A stretch of DNA of 64,000 nucleotides from Macrostomum lignano. Its lineage: Eukaryota. Shown one piece after another: positions 12,581-24,496 of this stretch. Both the position numbers and the translations under genes were made by a program. Location of the stretch: the NCBI GenBank assembly GCA_002269645.1, contig NIVC01000374.1, positions 372,001 through 436,000 of the forward strand, in the 5' to 3' direction. The notes under the pieces are model-generated. The model worked only from the letters and a program-made list of their open reading frames with translations. It did no database searches and was not told the origin of the DNA. Position 1 is the stretch's first letter; every line of letters starts with the position of its first letter.

Positions 12581-13699
12581 AAACTTTTGTATATAAAGGT
12601 TTTAAGCAAAAATTGTTTTTGCTTAAAATTATTTTTTTTTAAAAATAATACATTTTTACATAACGTTGTACATACCTAAAGAGTCTTTTTAACACAATTT
12701 GTTATAATAGTAATACAAAATTACGACTCTTGTTAACCCGTCAAGGGTTAACTGGGATTTATATGCATTTCAATGTGGGCGTCCTGCAAATGACAAATAA
12801 TCCATACAAATAAAGACTTTCCGTGACAATATTTGCGTTCTCCGGGATTTTATTTGGTAATATTCAATAATATCCCGTAAGTCTTTATGTCTATGGTTTA
12901 CACATGCCTTTTTCGGGAGTTATTTTCATAAATCCCTCGGGTCTGTCGGTGCGGCTGCCGCTCCGGCGGCTGAGGCCGGCCCTGGCTGTCATCGGCGGCT
13001 GCTGCGTGGCGCCGCAGAGTCTGGGCGGCGGCCCTCGTGATTTATACAAATAACTCCCTCAAAAGGCATGTTTAATCTGATACTTAAACCTCTCAATCAA
13101 CTGATCCGTATTACCCGACGTTTCCAATTAAGTAGACCTTACTTATATTTATTAGTCTTTTATGCGTTCTCACTGGGCGTCGCATATACCCATCGTCCTA
13201 AAATACTTTAATTATACGTACTGATCGATGATGTTGTTACAGTGTACATGTAGATGTCATAGCTGTTCACATAGAGCTCTATTCTTCAGATAAAAATACA
13301 AGTGTCCGAGTCCTTCGTTCAATATCGCAGCAAAAACACGTGTCTTTGTGGTAGTATTTACCCTATGTTGTACATGTACATGTAGATGGTACAGACGTAT
13401 ACATGTACGTACATGTTGTAGAGTCTAATGTACATGTACAGTAGCTAGTACATTTTTTTTTCTAGACTAAAAGCAACGAAAGTTGTCACGGTATGCCTTT
13501 ATTTTATCAACAACTAATGAATGTACGGACTGTCACAAAATCAATACTACACAATTATTGGCCGTTTAATTATTGCATGTACAGTACCGCGTGTACAACC
13601 TGTACATGTAAAATTCACAACACGTCATGCATGCAATACCTACGTATAAGTACGTACTAGTCGCTGCTAGTAGTATGCATGTATATATAAATTTCACGT

Positions 13700-14070
13700 A
13701 CATTAATGCTTATAAATTAACCACAATTCTGTAACCAGAATCGGCCACATTCGTGTTGCAACTTGTAAATCCTTGCTCCGTCCAAAAATAGATGAAGCTT
13801 TATTGCACCATGCATTGGCAATGTACAATGGGAGAAAATAAAATTTAATCCGTGTACAACGCCGAAGTGATAGTAATTGCCAGGCTCCACGCTTTCTAAC
13901 GACAATTGATCACGAGGTGTCTGCATCAGACTTCGATAGTCAGCAGGAAGCTCGGGATGAATTTCTAGCATTCGCCTCAGAAGCTAGGTCATTAACTGAG
14001 GTCACTGATGGGTTATTAGCAATTGCACCCAATCAAACAAAACACTACGCATTCCATTGGAGTGCTGCCG
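13700..14070 (-). pseudogene. Decayed DNA transposase fragment, CMC (EnSpm/Mirage/Chapaev)-like
   Basis: LPADYRSLMQTPR..EPGNYYHFGV..IKLHLFLDGARIYK, then WPILV after a frameshift. This follows the LP.D.RTLL.TP / G.Y.HFG / IDG.P.FKSS..WPIL pattern of such transposases. Frameshifts and stops are present. Confidence 0.65.
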
Positions 14071-16634
14071 GTCAAACTCATAAATTTCTTCCTTAGCAGA
14101 GTCAGAGCCTGACAAAATGGAAAAAGTTAGTTGCAATTTATTAATGACATGATGATACGCTCGAGAGGGCTAAAAGTAATCAATTCGATGATTCGACCAC
14201 GGAAAATTTTCTTATGTGGTTCCCAAACTGCACTAGCTAACTGAAACTATAACTGATTGAAACTCGTTTGGACTAAAATGCGTGTACCGTTTAACTTTGA
14301 GCTACCGCTAGAACTGTCACTAAAATGTCCGCTATCTGATGCATGTACTGTAAATGCTTATAGCACAGCTTCAGTTATAGACTACAGTGATTCAGTGAAA
14401 ATTTATAATCAGCAAATTAACAACTTAATTACACAACAGAATTGAATTAACAAATGCAAAGAGGCCATAAAACCCACGTACGCAGCTACATGTATCTGTC
14501 CACAGGAAGCGGGGATCGAACCGTGGCCCAATCCGCTAACCCAATCCTGATCAACCTTCATCCAATAGCAAATTAGCCGCTCAGATGAGCTCCTCATATC
14601 TTCTTTGTATTGTTGTTTCAGTCAAAAAAGCAAAGAACAATTGCTGAATGAACTTCAGCATATATTGAGCACGGCATGCCATCAATTAGTCTCTTGATAT
14701 AAACTTCTAATGAATCAGTTTTTGACGCTACATGTATACGCGACTGAATATGGTGGACTTCGCTTAGAATGCATTTATTCTACAACAAATTGAGTAATCG
14801 GGTGTGATTTTCCAGTGGGTTATATTGATGCTTTCAAACGAATACTCTTTAGGACCTTACTGTCAGTAGTAGCTAACTAACGGGCAACCATATTATACAT
14901 GTATGAAGACGTTTTTCACCCGACCATCAAAATCAAAATCAAAATATAAAGTTATTCTCGGCGCCTTCAGCAAACTGGAAATTTAATAAGCTCATTAATT
15001 AATTGTACGTGTAATGTAGCTTATAGCAGAAATATCTGATTAATTGTAATTGCCATCAGCTCAGCTATAGCTGCATGTACACTCGTACATGTAGCAGAAA
15101 AACAGTTTCAGCTTCCGTATCGTCGTCCAGCGAATTTATTTTTTCATCTTATCTTCGAGCTCCATGTACGAAAAGCTTTGCATAATTAATACAAGCGGGA
15201 ACAGATTAGTTTACCCGATTAACAGAACAGAGTTTTTCAAAAAATCTCCGACAAATTTGTCTATTTTGTACAGGTATACAAACATGCATATGATGCTACT
15301 AAAAGTAAATGTGCCGCAAATGTGCGGTATTTTCCTTCGTTGAATGTCCCACATTGTTCCAACGTTTTTTCAACAGCCCATACGACTATTCACTTTGCCC
15401 AAATATCCTTTTCGTTGGACGAACGTTTTTTGGCAGCCCGGGCATGTAACTACTACTATTGTGTGGTTTACATGGTAAATAGGCATTCAGCTTTAGGCAG
15501 AACAAATTGTCTTTGCAAATTAATTGCTACACTCTATGTTCAGGTATTCTAACGAGCTAATTCAATACATGCTTATCTTTTTGTCAGCAACCCGGCCCCG
15601 GGCCCAGCAGTTGTAGTAGTATAACCACCTCATGCAGCTTGGCTGCAACTGTTATTTGTGTGTGACGAGTCAAAAAAAGATAAAAATTAGCTTTGTGTTA
15701 TATAACGGGCATAAATTCTCTTTTTACTTATCAAGCTATTACGCTCGTAATTGTATCAAATACACAATATGTAAGTAATTTGTTTTCTGCTTATTAGCCA
15801 TGAAAATAAGCACCACGATTATGTTCTTTTGACATGCAAACACGCTGCAAAAGCAGATCAAGTTCGAAGCCACACAGTGCTCAGCATGATCAGTGTCAGT
15901 TTCCTCCTTAGCTAGATGTTTTGCGTCACCGAGAGTTCATCGCTACAGTCAAAAACTTCTCTTTTATTTTCTGTAGAACTGAGCTGAACTTTCTGGTGTT
16001 GACAGAAATTGTAACGAAATAACTATGATGCTGTAGACGAAGAAGCAGCCGAATCTGCGCGTGCCTGTTATTACCAAAGCGAGGAAACCGCCCACATTTG
16101 CAGTAAACAAACATGCAAGCGTGTCATTTGGGAATCAATTAAAGGCGGGGGTATAAAAAACTTTTAACGAAAAAAACATTAATTGGGGACTGGTGTCCTT
16201 ATTTTTCGCTGCATTTGAAAACTTGTTTCGATTCAAAATTGCAGTAATGAGCTTTCATTGAGTAGAACATTCGGTTTTGTTTTCGAAAGTTTTGTGTAGA
16301 ATACGCAGAAACTACAATTAGCTAATTTCTAAAGATGATGTCTTGTGATAGCTACTTTATACAGAAAATTAGAGGTTTTCACACAGTTAGGACGTCAGTC
16401 TGGTAAATTTATACGATACGATCGTAATTATGCAGCGTCAAATTGTTATGTACTTTTGCAGTTGAGGAATTTCACACTTATAAAATATTCGATGTTGTCT
16501 TTCACTCTTTTCTACTGTCTGTTTCACTGGAATATTTTGAAGGAAAATTTCAAAAATACATGTCAGGTTCAATTTTTTAAAAGTCTACAAAGACAGGAAG
16601 AATGTTACTACTATTTTACACGGGCAGTACACTG

Positions 16635-17045
16635 TAGTATATCCATTGGAGTCAATGTACACTCAGGGAGGGAAGAAAGGAATGAGCTAAAGGAGGGCAG
16701 GGCCATGGACTGATTAAGTGGGGTTTATAATTGTATCGATTGGAGTCAATGTACACTGACTGCAGGGGAGGGAAAGAAAGAAAGAGCTAAATGAGGGCAG
16801 GGATGGACTTATTAAGTGGAGTTTATAATTGTATCCATTGGAATCAATGTACACAGCAGGGGAGGGAAGGAAAGAAAGAGCTAAATGAGGGCAGGGATGG
16901 ACTTATTAAGTGGGGTTTATAATTGTATCGATTGGAGTCAATGTACACTGCAGGGGAGGGAAGGAAAGAAGGAGCTAAATGAGGGCAGGGATGGACTTAT
17001 TAAGTGGGGTTTATTGTATCGATTGGAGTCAATGTACACTGCTGG
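16635..17045. repeat. About 95-bp tandem repeat, 4-5 copies
   Basis: TTGGAGTCAATGTACAC...GAGCTAAATGAGGGCAGGGATGGACTTATTAAGTGG recurs every 91-98 bp. Confidence 0.9.
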
Positions 17046-17924
17046 GCAAGGAAGGAGAATTAAAGAACTAATGAGGCTGGTTAGTTAATAAAACTGAACT
17101 CGCTCGACAGAACAATTAAAGCCAAAAGTGCATACAGATGGAAGAATTTTTTCAGGATTGATTTTGCTTTACGAGTATAGCATTAACTAGTTCTTTTATC
17201 TGCTTGCTGACAATAATTTCTCCCAGCAACAAATTAGCTGAATTAGCTAGTGCAATTGCTCGCAAGTTTTCTGATTTGTTTACCGAAGAAGCGTCTGAGA
17301 TTCTTTTAAATTTGACAAGACGAGCTCTGATGAACATTTAGTAACGAATGCACTTCAAATCACAATACGCTCGTAGAAATTATATTATAAATCTTTATTT
17401 TCTGTTCCATTTATGTGTCTTTAAGCTGCTGTAAGCTCGATCTTAATCTTTTTTGACGCATCTTTTAATCCTTCCTTTCGAGAAAAATTCCGCTGGTATA
17501 ATTGTCACCTCTGGCAAGGATTATACTGTACGATTTCTTCACGGAGAGCAGAGGTTTATGGGATGACGCTTATTATTTTTCTTGCTCTAAAAAGATGAGT
17601 GCCTGCGCTTTGCGCTTGAAACACTAGGCCTCTGGACTACACATCAAAACACTTCTGGGCAAGCGATCAAAAACCCATGCATGGGCTTAATTACGAGCTT
17701 AAAGGTCACCTTTTGGCCAGCGATTAGGACAAAACATGAAAGCCTGTTTTGGACAAATTTCAGGACGAAGCCAGCTTTAATTTTATTAATTTTTCAAAAT
17801 TTAGTTTGTCATTATTAGTTGGGTGCAAACCTCTACGATTTTTAGGGGCCAAGATTCACTCATAAATTTACAATGTACATTGCTCTAACTCCGAGATAAC
17901 CAGTCAATCCAGCGAATAAACGGA

Positions 17925-18150
17925 CACGAGATTCTAAATGTACATTGCTTCCCCGATCCAACCATGCACTGGCAACCAGTCTATCCCGCGAGCAGACGGG
18001 GACGAGATTCTAAATGTACATCGCTTCCCTGATCCAACCAGTCTATCCGCGAGCAGACAGGGACGAGATTCTAAATGTACATCGTTTCCCTGATCCAACC
18101 AGTCTATCCCGCGAGCAGACGGGAACGAGATTCTAAATGTACATTGCTCT
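17925..18150. repeat. About 60-bp tandem repeat, about 4 copies
   Basis: GACGAGATTCTAAATGTACATCGCTTCCCTGATCCAACCAGTCTATCCCGCGAGCAGAC units. Confidence 0.88.
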
Positions 18151-19039
18151 CCACGTCTAGATTTAAGTGTGCTGGATAAGATGAGATTTTCTACGAAAAG
18201 TTGATAAACGCCAGTTTAGCAACTTTTGCTCCTAATTACGGTTCATTAATCATTCGTGCCGATGTACTAAAAGCGAACGCAGAGCATCGACGTGAAATCT
18301 CCAACACAATCTCAGCAATCATCATCAGCCAATGCTTATTAATCGCGCGTGATTTTTGCGCTTAATGATCATTTCTTTGAAACAGATTTTTTGTCCGTTT
18401 TTTAAATCTAGCAATAAGCCGGAACGCAAAATCATTAAATTCGAGATCGACTTTTTAATTCAGCTTTAAAAACTAAGACACCGTACCAAACCGAGTCTCT
18501 CATTAAGTCAGAATACATTTTTCAGATTCGCAAACTGTCATTCTATCTATCAGGAATTGACTCGATCTTGAGGGGCATCATTTAGAAACACCCGCGAGTC
18601 GGATTGCTCAAATTTCCTTGACGGCTTCTAAATTTGCTTTTTCATCATACTCACGATCAGTATATCCGACCTTCTGGCATTCCTTTCGACATTTAATCTC
18701 ACGACGGATATGAGATTGGCTCTTTCTATCTAAGCCTCACTTTTTAATCTCTTTTCAATATTGTTTCCTCCCAGCTATCACCTTCTGACAGCGAGACAAA
18801 TAAATATCACGAGACCTGGATTGGGACAGAAAAGTTGCGTACATCTAACTCACTCGAATCAATAAACTGTTAGCGAGATTCCCATAGCTCGTGCTAATGC
18901 ATTTCATGGTCGATTTAACGATCAAGTTGATGTAGCTGGAAAGTGCGAACACTAACAAAGAACGGTTGAGGATGTCAAAGATAATTACATGCAATATCGA
19001 ATCCTAATATGAAATGAGCATTATGCATGAGAAAAAATG

Positions 19040-19350
19040 TAGCTGGCGCCCCTCTGTAGCTGGCGCTCCTCTGTAGCTGGCGCCCCTCTGTAGCTGGCCC
19101 CTCTCTGTAGCTGGCGCCTCTCTGTAGCTGGCGCCCCCCCCCCCCTGTAGTTGGCGCCCCCTCTGTAGCTGGCGCCCGGCCCTCTGTAGCTGGCGCCCTC
19201 CTCTGTAGTTGGCGCCCCCTCTGTAGCTGGCGCCCCCCTCTCGCCCTCGGTAGTTGGCTTCGCTCGGTAGTTGACGCCCCATTTGTAGCTGGCGACATCT
19301 GTATCTGGCATCCTTTCTGTAGCTGGCGTCCCTTCTGTAGCTGGCGCCTC
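19040..19350. repeat. 17-19-bp minisatellite (CCTCTGTAGCTGGCGCCC)
   Basis: Direct tandem copies; source of the ORFs at 18975-19409. Confidence 0.9.
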
Positions 19351-19799
19351 TCTCTGGAGGTGCTCCTTGCTGTCACGGCTGTACTATAAACCATTTTCGT
19401 CTGAAACAAGAATTAAAAATTTCCTCAGCGTGGTTACTGGGTGCAAGTTATGTTTCTCAGAGAGAGGATTTGATGGAACAAGAAATCGGACCGCTCGACT
19501 TTCAGTGTTTCAAACAGACTTTTCAATTTTTCGAACAAGGCAATAAGAAGTTTTGCAGCACGTTTCTAAGTATACGAGCCTCGTATATAACTGCAGTTTT
19601 TCAATATTTCGAAAGTGTCCGTTTTTTAGTTAGCTTTGCCCCGTCTGCTGCGGCAGTTCAAAGGCGAGCTCAGTCGACCCGCAGCGACGGAGGAGACAAG
19701 CAGAAATGCTCATTAGCATGCGTATAGCGATCCACTTTAGGTTCTAATCATCATACAGCTTGCTATTGCTCACCCAGGGTGCAACAGGCGGAACTGCAG

Positions 19800-20400
19800 G
19801 ACAGGAAAGAGGAGAAAATGAGAGAGAGAGAGAGAGGGAGAGAGAGAGAGAAAGAGAGAGAGACGTAGAGGAAGATCGGAGGGAAAAGAGAGGGAGGCGA
19901 AAGAAAGGAGAAAAGGAGAGAGAAAGGAGGAGAGGGAGAGGAGGAGAGTGAGAGAAGGAGAGGGAGAGGAGGAGAGTGAGAGGAGGAGAGTGAGAGAAGG
20001 AGAGGGAGAAGAGGAGAGGGAGAGAAGGAGAGGGAGAGAAGGAGAGGGAGAGGAGGAGATGGAGAGAAGGAGAGGGAGAGGAGGAGAGGGAGAGGAGGAG
20101 AGGGAGAGAAGGAGAGGGAGAGGAGGAGAGGGAGAGAAGGAGAGGGAGAGGAGGAGAGGGAGAGAAGGAGAGGGAGAGAAGGAGAGGGAGAGGAGGAGAG
20201 GGAGAGGAGGAGAGGGAGAGAAGGAGAGGGAGAGAAGGAGAGAGAGAGGAGGAGAGGGAGAGGAGGAGAGGGAAAGAAGGATAGTAAGAGGGGAGAGAGG
20301 GAGAAAAGGAGGAGGGAAGGAGAAAAGGGAGAGAAGGAGAGGGGGAGATGGAGAGAAAGATGACTGGGAGAAAGAGAGGGCAAGAAAGCAAGAGGGAGAC
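19800..20400. repeat. Polypurine tract: (GA)n plus 15-bp GGAGAGGGAGAG(A/G)A units
   Basis: About 600 bp of almost pure purine on the + strand. Confidence 0.95.
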
Positions 20401-21029
20401 TGTATTTCCTAAATCTACAGTCGTGTATATGTACAAAATGCTATCTGACGGATGCTAAAGCATGGAAATTATAAATAAATAAGTATTATTACAGTAATTA
20501 TTTTTTGGAAAAAACAAGTTTTATAATCTGCCGCATGCACTGAAGCTGCAGCTCATAATGAGATTTTGATTGTCAGCTTTGCATAAAATCGAGATACCTT
20601 TAGGAGCAGAGGTTTAATGAAAGAGGAATGAAGAGATAGAATTATGGGAGAGAGAACTGAAGCACTGCAATTAGGCATAACTATTTAATGAATGCTTGCC
20701 AAGAATAAAAGCGAAGCGACTTCTATCTGCAAGGGTGAAAGGGTTAAAAATGAAGTGATTTTTCTATTCTTAGAAATGTAGCTATAGTTGGGAAAGAAGA
20801 ATAGACTTCCTTTTTGATTTGCTTCTCAGCTACTAGTGCCCCGTCTTTGGCAGCTTCCCTGCCTGTTTCTTGCCAGCTCAGCCGCTCAGCTCTACCAAAG
20901 TAATTAGCCAGACAGCTTAGAAGCTTGAGATTGCGAATCCGGCTTAATCCGTCAAGTCTAGAGTCCTTCTTTCTGTCTCGTTTAGCAGCTATGTTCGAGC
21001 CAGAATAGGCATGTCTAGACACGCTTATC

Positions 21030-21560
21030 TAGGCGAGCCCCCACCCCTCTCACCCCAATGTACAAACCCTCTAGGCTAGCTCCCGGCCACCCTTCCAACC
21101 CTTAAGGTACACACTATTGAGACTAGCCCCCACCCTTCTCACCCCCAATGTACAAACCCTCTAGGCTAGCTCCCGGCCACCCTTCCAACCCTTAATGTAC
21201 ACACCATTGAGACTAGCCCCCACCCTTCTCACCCCCAATGTACAAACCCTCTAGGCTAGCTCCCGGCCACCCTTCCAACCCTTAATGTACACACCATTGA
21301 GACTAGCCCCCACCCTTTCAAACTTAATGTACCCACCATTGAGACTATAGCCCCCACCCCTCAATGTAAATACCATCTAGGCTAGCTCCAACACCTCTCC
21401 CCCTCAATGTACACACAATTGAGACTAGCCCCCACCCCTCTCACCCTTAATGTACACACCATTGAGACTAGCCCCCACCCCTCTCACCCTTATGTAGACA
21501 TCATTGAGACTAGCCCCCACCCCTCTCACCCTTATGTACACACCATTGCGACTAGCCCCA
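21030..21560. repeat. About 90-bp tandem repeat built from two related subunits of about 45 bp
   Basis: GACTAGCCCCCACCCTTCTCACCCCCAATGTACAAACCCTCTA / GGCTAGCTCCCGGCCACCCTTCCAACCCTTAATGTACACACCATTGA alternate. Confidence 0.9.
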
Positions 21561-21611
21561 ATACTCTCATTTTCAATGCAACAGCTACTTACCAAGGACC
21601 ACTTCTGTAGT

Positions 21612-22415
21612 ATTACAGGATGTAAACCTCAAGGATGCTGTATATTTTAGCTAGAATTTCCTGGAAAAATATGACAGAGATAGGAAATAGTTAATCATTT
21701 CTTTCATCACGAAATCAATGATTGCATTTTATCTGGGCAGTGGAAGATCAACATTCTTTTAATTCAGAATGCACAACATGCTACTCTGCTATATTTTTTA
21801 TAGTTTTTTTTTATTTCATGCCCAAACCAAAGCTGTACATGTATACTCACGGGTGAAATATTTGTTTTGTAATTTCCTGAATCAAGGTATTATTTGTAAT
21901 AAAGTTTTTGCATGCAGGTAGCTACTCTTGGCCTTAAGCAGGGCCTTAACTTAACTTGATAGCTTTCTAAACACTGCGTCAACAACAATATAAAAAATGA
22001 TATTGGTAAACTTTCAATTACATTTAATTACTTAGAAAAGACTACGAATAGCTACTAATATGTATTTAAATTATGGAACTACCTTCAATAATGGCTTAAG
22101 AGTACCTGAATGCAACAATTTTATTACAAATATACTTGATTCAAAAAGGAACCAAACAAAGATTTCATTCGTATGTACAGCTTTGGCTGAGGCTTATGAA
22201 ATAAAAAATCGATATGAAGATATAACTTTCACTACACAACTCGCTCGTGCTAAATTTAAAGGAATGGTGATCTTCACTGCCCCAGATCAAATTCAATCAT
22301 TGATTTTGTGATGAAAAAATGATTATTCCCTATCTCCGCAGTGTATTTTTCCAGGAAATCGACCTAAAATTGAACACGATTTATATCGCGCGAGTTTTAT
22401 GTCGTGTTTGATCCT
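21612..22415. mobile_element. Probable non-autonomous DNA transposon with imperfect TIRs of about 130 bp
   Basis: The left end (TTTCCTGGAAAAAT..GAGATAGG..CATCACGAAATCAATGATTGCATTTTATCTGGG) is inverted at 22280-22415, and a third copy lies at about 1305. No TSD was identified. Confidence 0.55.
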
Positions 22416-22974
22416 TGCTACTTTCATGTAGAGCATTATTCTTCATCTTCGAATTTAAAGTCGACATCAATGTGGCGAAAGTATTTTTTGGCAAGCGTGA
22501 GTGGTTGCTTATATTGTAAATTTAAATGAAACCTATAAAGGCTGAGTTTGCCGATGTCAATACCACAGAAATGGATCTATGCAGATTCTAGAATTACCTC
22601 AAAACTGTACACACCTCTTTTTCGTATCCACTTTCACCCAGCACGTAAACCCACGCGCGCTACACGCAACTGATTCCGGCTTCTTTAGAAGGAAACTTCG
22701 ATTGAACGTATTACATGCGCTGTTTGCGTGACGCTGCATTGAAAGGATAATAGCTACTCACTTCTACCTTGGGAAAATATTAAATCGATACACTCGCAGA
22801 ACCCGATATCCTGTCAATAGCTGCCCTTGGAGTCGATGAGGTCAAAGTGAATCTGGGATTGATCAATCAGACACGATAGATATGAGATTTTTTCAAGCTG
22901 AATAGAAAGTTAAAGACTCAAGAAAAACAGATGGGTTCAACTACATCTATGAAGGGATTTCCTCTATCTAGATC

Positions 22975-23395
22975 GCTGCACCGACTCCCTCTAGATCTCT
23001 GCCCTGATTCCCTCTAGATCTCTGCCCTGATTCCCTCTAGATCTCTGCCCTGATTCCCTCTAGATCTCTGCCGTGATTTCTTTTAGATCTCCGTTCTAAT
23101 TCCCTCTAAATCTCTGTTCTGATTCAATCTAGATCTCTGCACTGATTTCTCCTAGATCTCTGCCCTGATTCCCTCTAGATCTCTGCCGTGATTTCTTTTA
23201 GATCTCTGCACCGATTCACTCTAGATCTCTGCTCTAATTCTCTCTAGATCTCTGCAGTGATTTCTTTTAGATGTCTGCAGTGATTTCTCCTAGATCTCTG
23301 CCCTGATTCCCTCTAGATCTCTGCTGTGATTTCTTTTAGATTTCTGCACTGATTCCCTCTAGATCTCTGTTCTGATTCTCTCTAGATCTCTGCTA
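22975..23395. repeat. 23-bp minisatellite (CTAGATCTCTGCCCTGATTCCCT)
   Basis: About 18 tandem copies, degenerating rightwards. Confidence 0.93.
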
Positions 23396-23921
23396 ATTCC
23401 TACTCAAAAAAGAATTCGCGTAAAAGTGCTGCGGTTAGAAATCCTACAATAGTTTAAGTATTTCACAGATTATTTTCAATTTTAATGTTTTAAGACATCA
23501 GCATTGAGTTAGATTTTCCTTTTCTCAATTCACTATTAGAAGAGGCTATGCAGTTCGTGAAGCCCACTCAACTTACTTCCGTTCTACTCAAGTAAGGCAC
23601 TTGAAAAACGGAGCTTATATGCGATATCGTTCAAGTGCTAGCAAACAGCCATGAAGATATTAGCTTTACAGTGAATGCTTACATTGAAAGCCTGTTAAAC
23701 TTTTAGAATGCATTGACATACACGCAACAAGAAATTGTAGTCATCATCTACATCTCCATTGGCTGACCAATGAAAACAGAACGCAGAATCTTATATTTAA
23801 TGGCGGACAAGCAGTGACGAGCAGAAACTTGCTGCATATTTTGTAAATTAGTTTCAAATCTTATTTAAAAACACCAAAACTAATCAATTACTAAGAGGTC
23901 CAACGTTGTTAAAAGTAGGAA

Positions 23922-23970
23922 ATGATTGGGAAGACTAATTTTCTGGTCGCTTTGATCTGCATAGCTGCAG
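23922..23970 (+). CDS. Secreted prepropeptide (candidate neuropeptide precursor), exon 1: signal peptide
   Basis: ATG, MIGKTNFLVALICIAA, then G|gtaagt (consensus donor, phase 1). Confidence 0.8.
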
Positions 23971-24065
23971 GTAAGTTAGTCTGTTTTGCGGCGATATATT
24001 TTGCTAATTAATTTAATACGCAATTTTTGCCTGCGAGACAATTGATAATCAAGCTACTTTTCCAG

Positions 24066-24496
24066 GAATTGCAATTCTGCCTGGCAGCTTTGGAGCCCCG
24101 GAGGTCGAATGGAGCTCGAGCAAGTTCAGCAACGAAGGAGAGTTCAGGAATGACAAGCGAATCCTCAGGGATCCCATGATTGACAAGAGAATCCTCAGGG
24201 ATCCCATGATTGACAAGAGAATCCTCAGGGATCCCATGATTGACAAGAGAATCCGCAGGGATCCCATGATTGACAAGAGAATCCTCAGGGATCCCATGAT
24301 TGACAAGAGAATCCTCAGGGATCCCATGATTGACAAGAGAATCCTCAGGGATCCCATGATCGACAAGAGAATCCTCAGGGATCCCATGATCGACAAGAGA
24401 ATCCTCAGGGATCCCATGATTGACAAGAGAATCCTCAGGGATCCCATGATCGACAAGAAGAGCTTTACCACGGACAACCAGGAACGCAATGATTAA
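24066..24496 (+). CDS. Secreted prepropeptide (candidate neuropeptide precursor), exon 2: 10 KR-flanked I(L/R)RDPMID copies
   Basis: Acceptor ctacttttccag|GA (phase 1, 95-nt intron). Gives GIAILPGSFG-APEVEWSSSKFSNEGEFRNDKR(ILRDPMIDKR)n...ILRDPMIDKKSFTTDNQERND*, 159 aa in total. Confidence 0.8.

Noticed and set aside
14505-14550. B-box-like GGTTCGATCCCC on the minus strand (tRNA?)
   Set aside because: A-box to B-box spacing is about 10 nt and no cloverleaf can be drawn.
15604-15645. TGAGGTGGTTATACTACTACAACT (minus strand), superficially let-7-like, in a small hairpin
   Set aside because: Matches only TGAGGT, not the let-7 seed and body, and the stem is too short for a pre-miRNA.
20744-21022. 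ORF MSRHAYSGSNIAAKRDRKK.. resembling a hAT transposase N-terminus
   Set aside because: Short, with no zinc finger, DDE motif, TIR or TSD found to support it.
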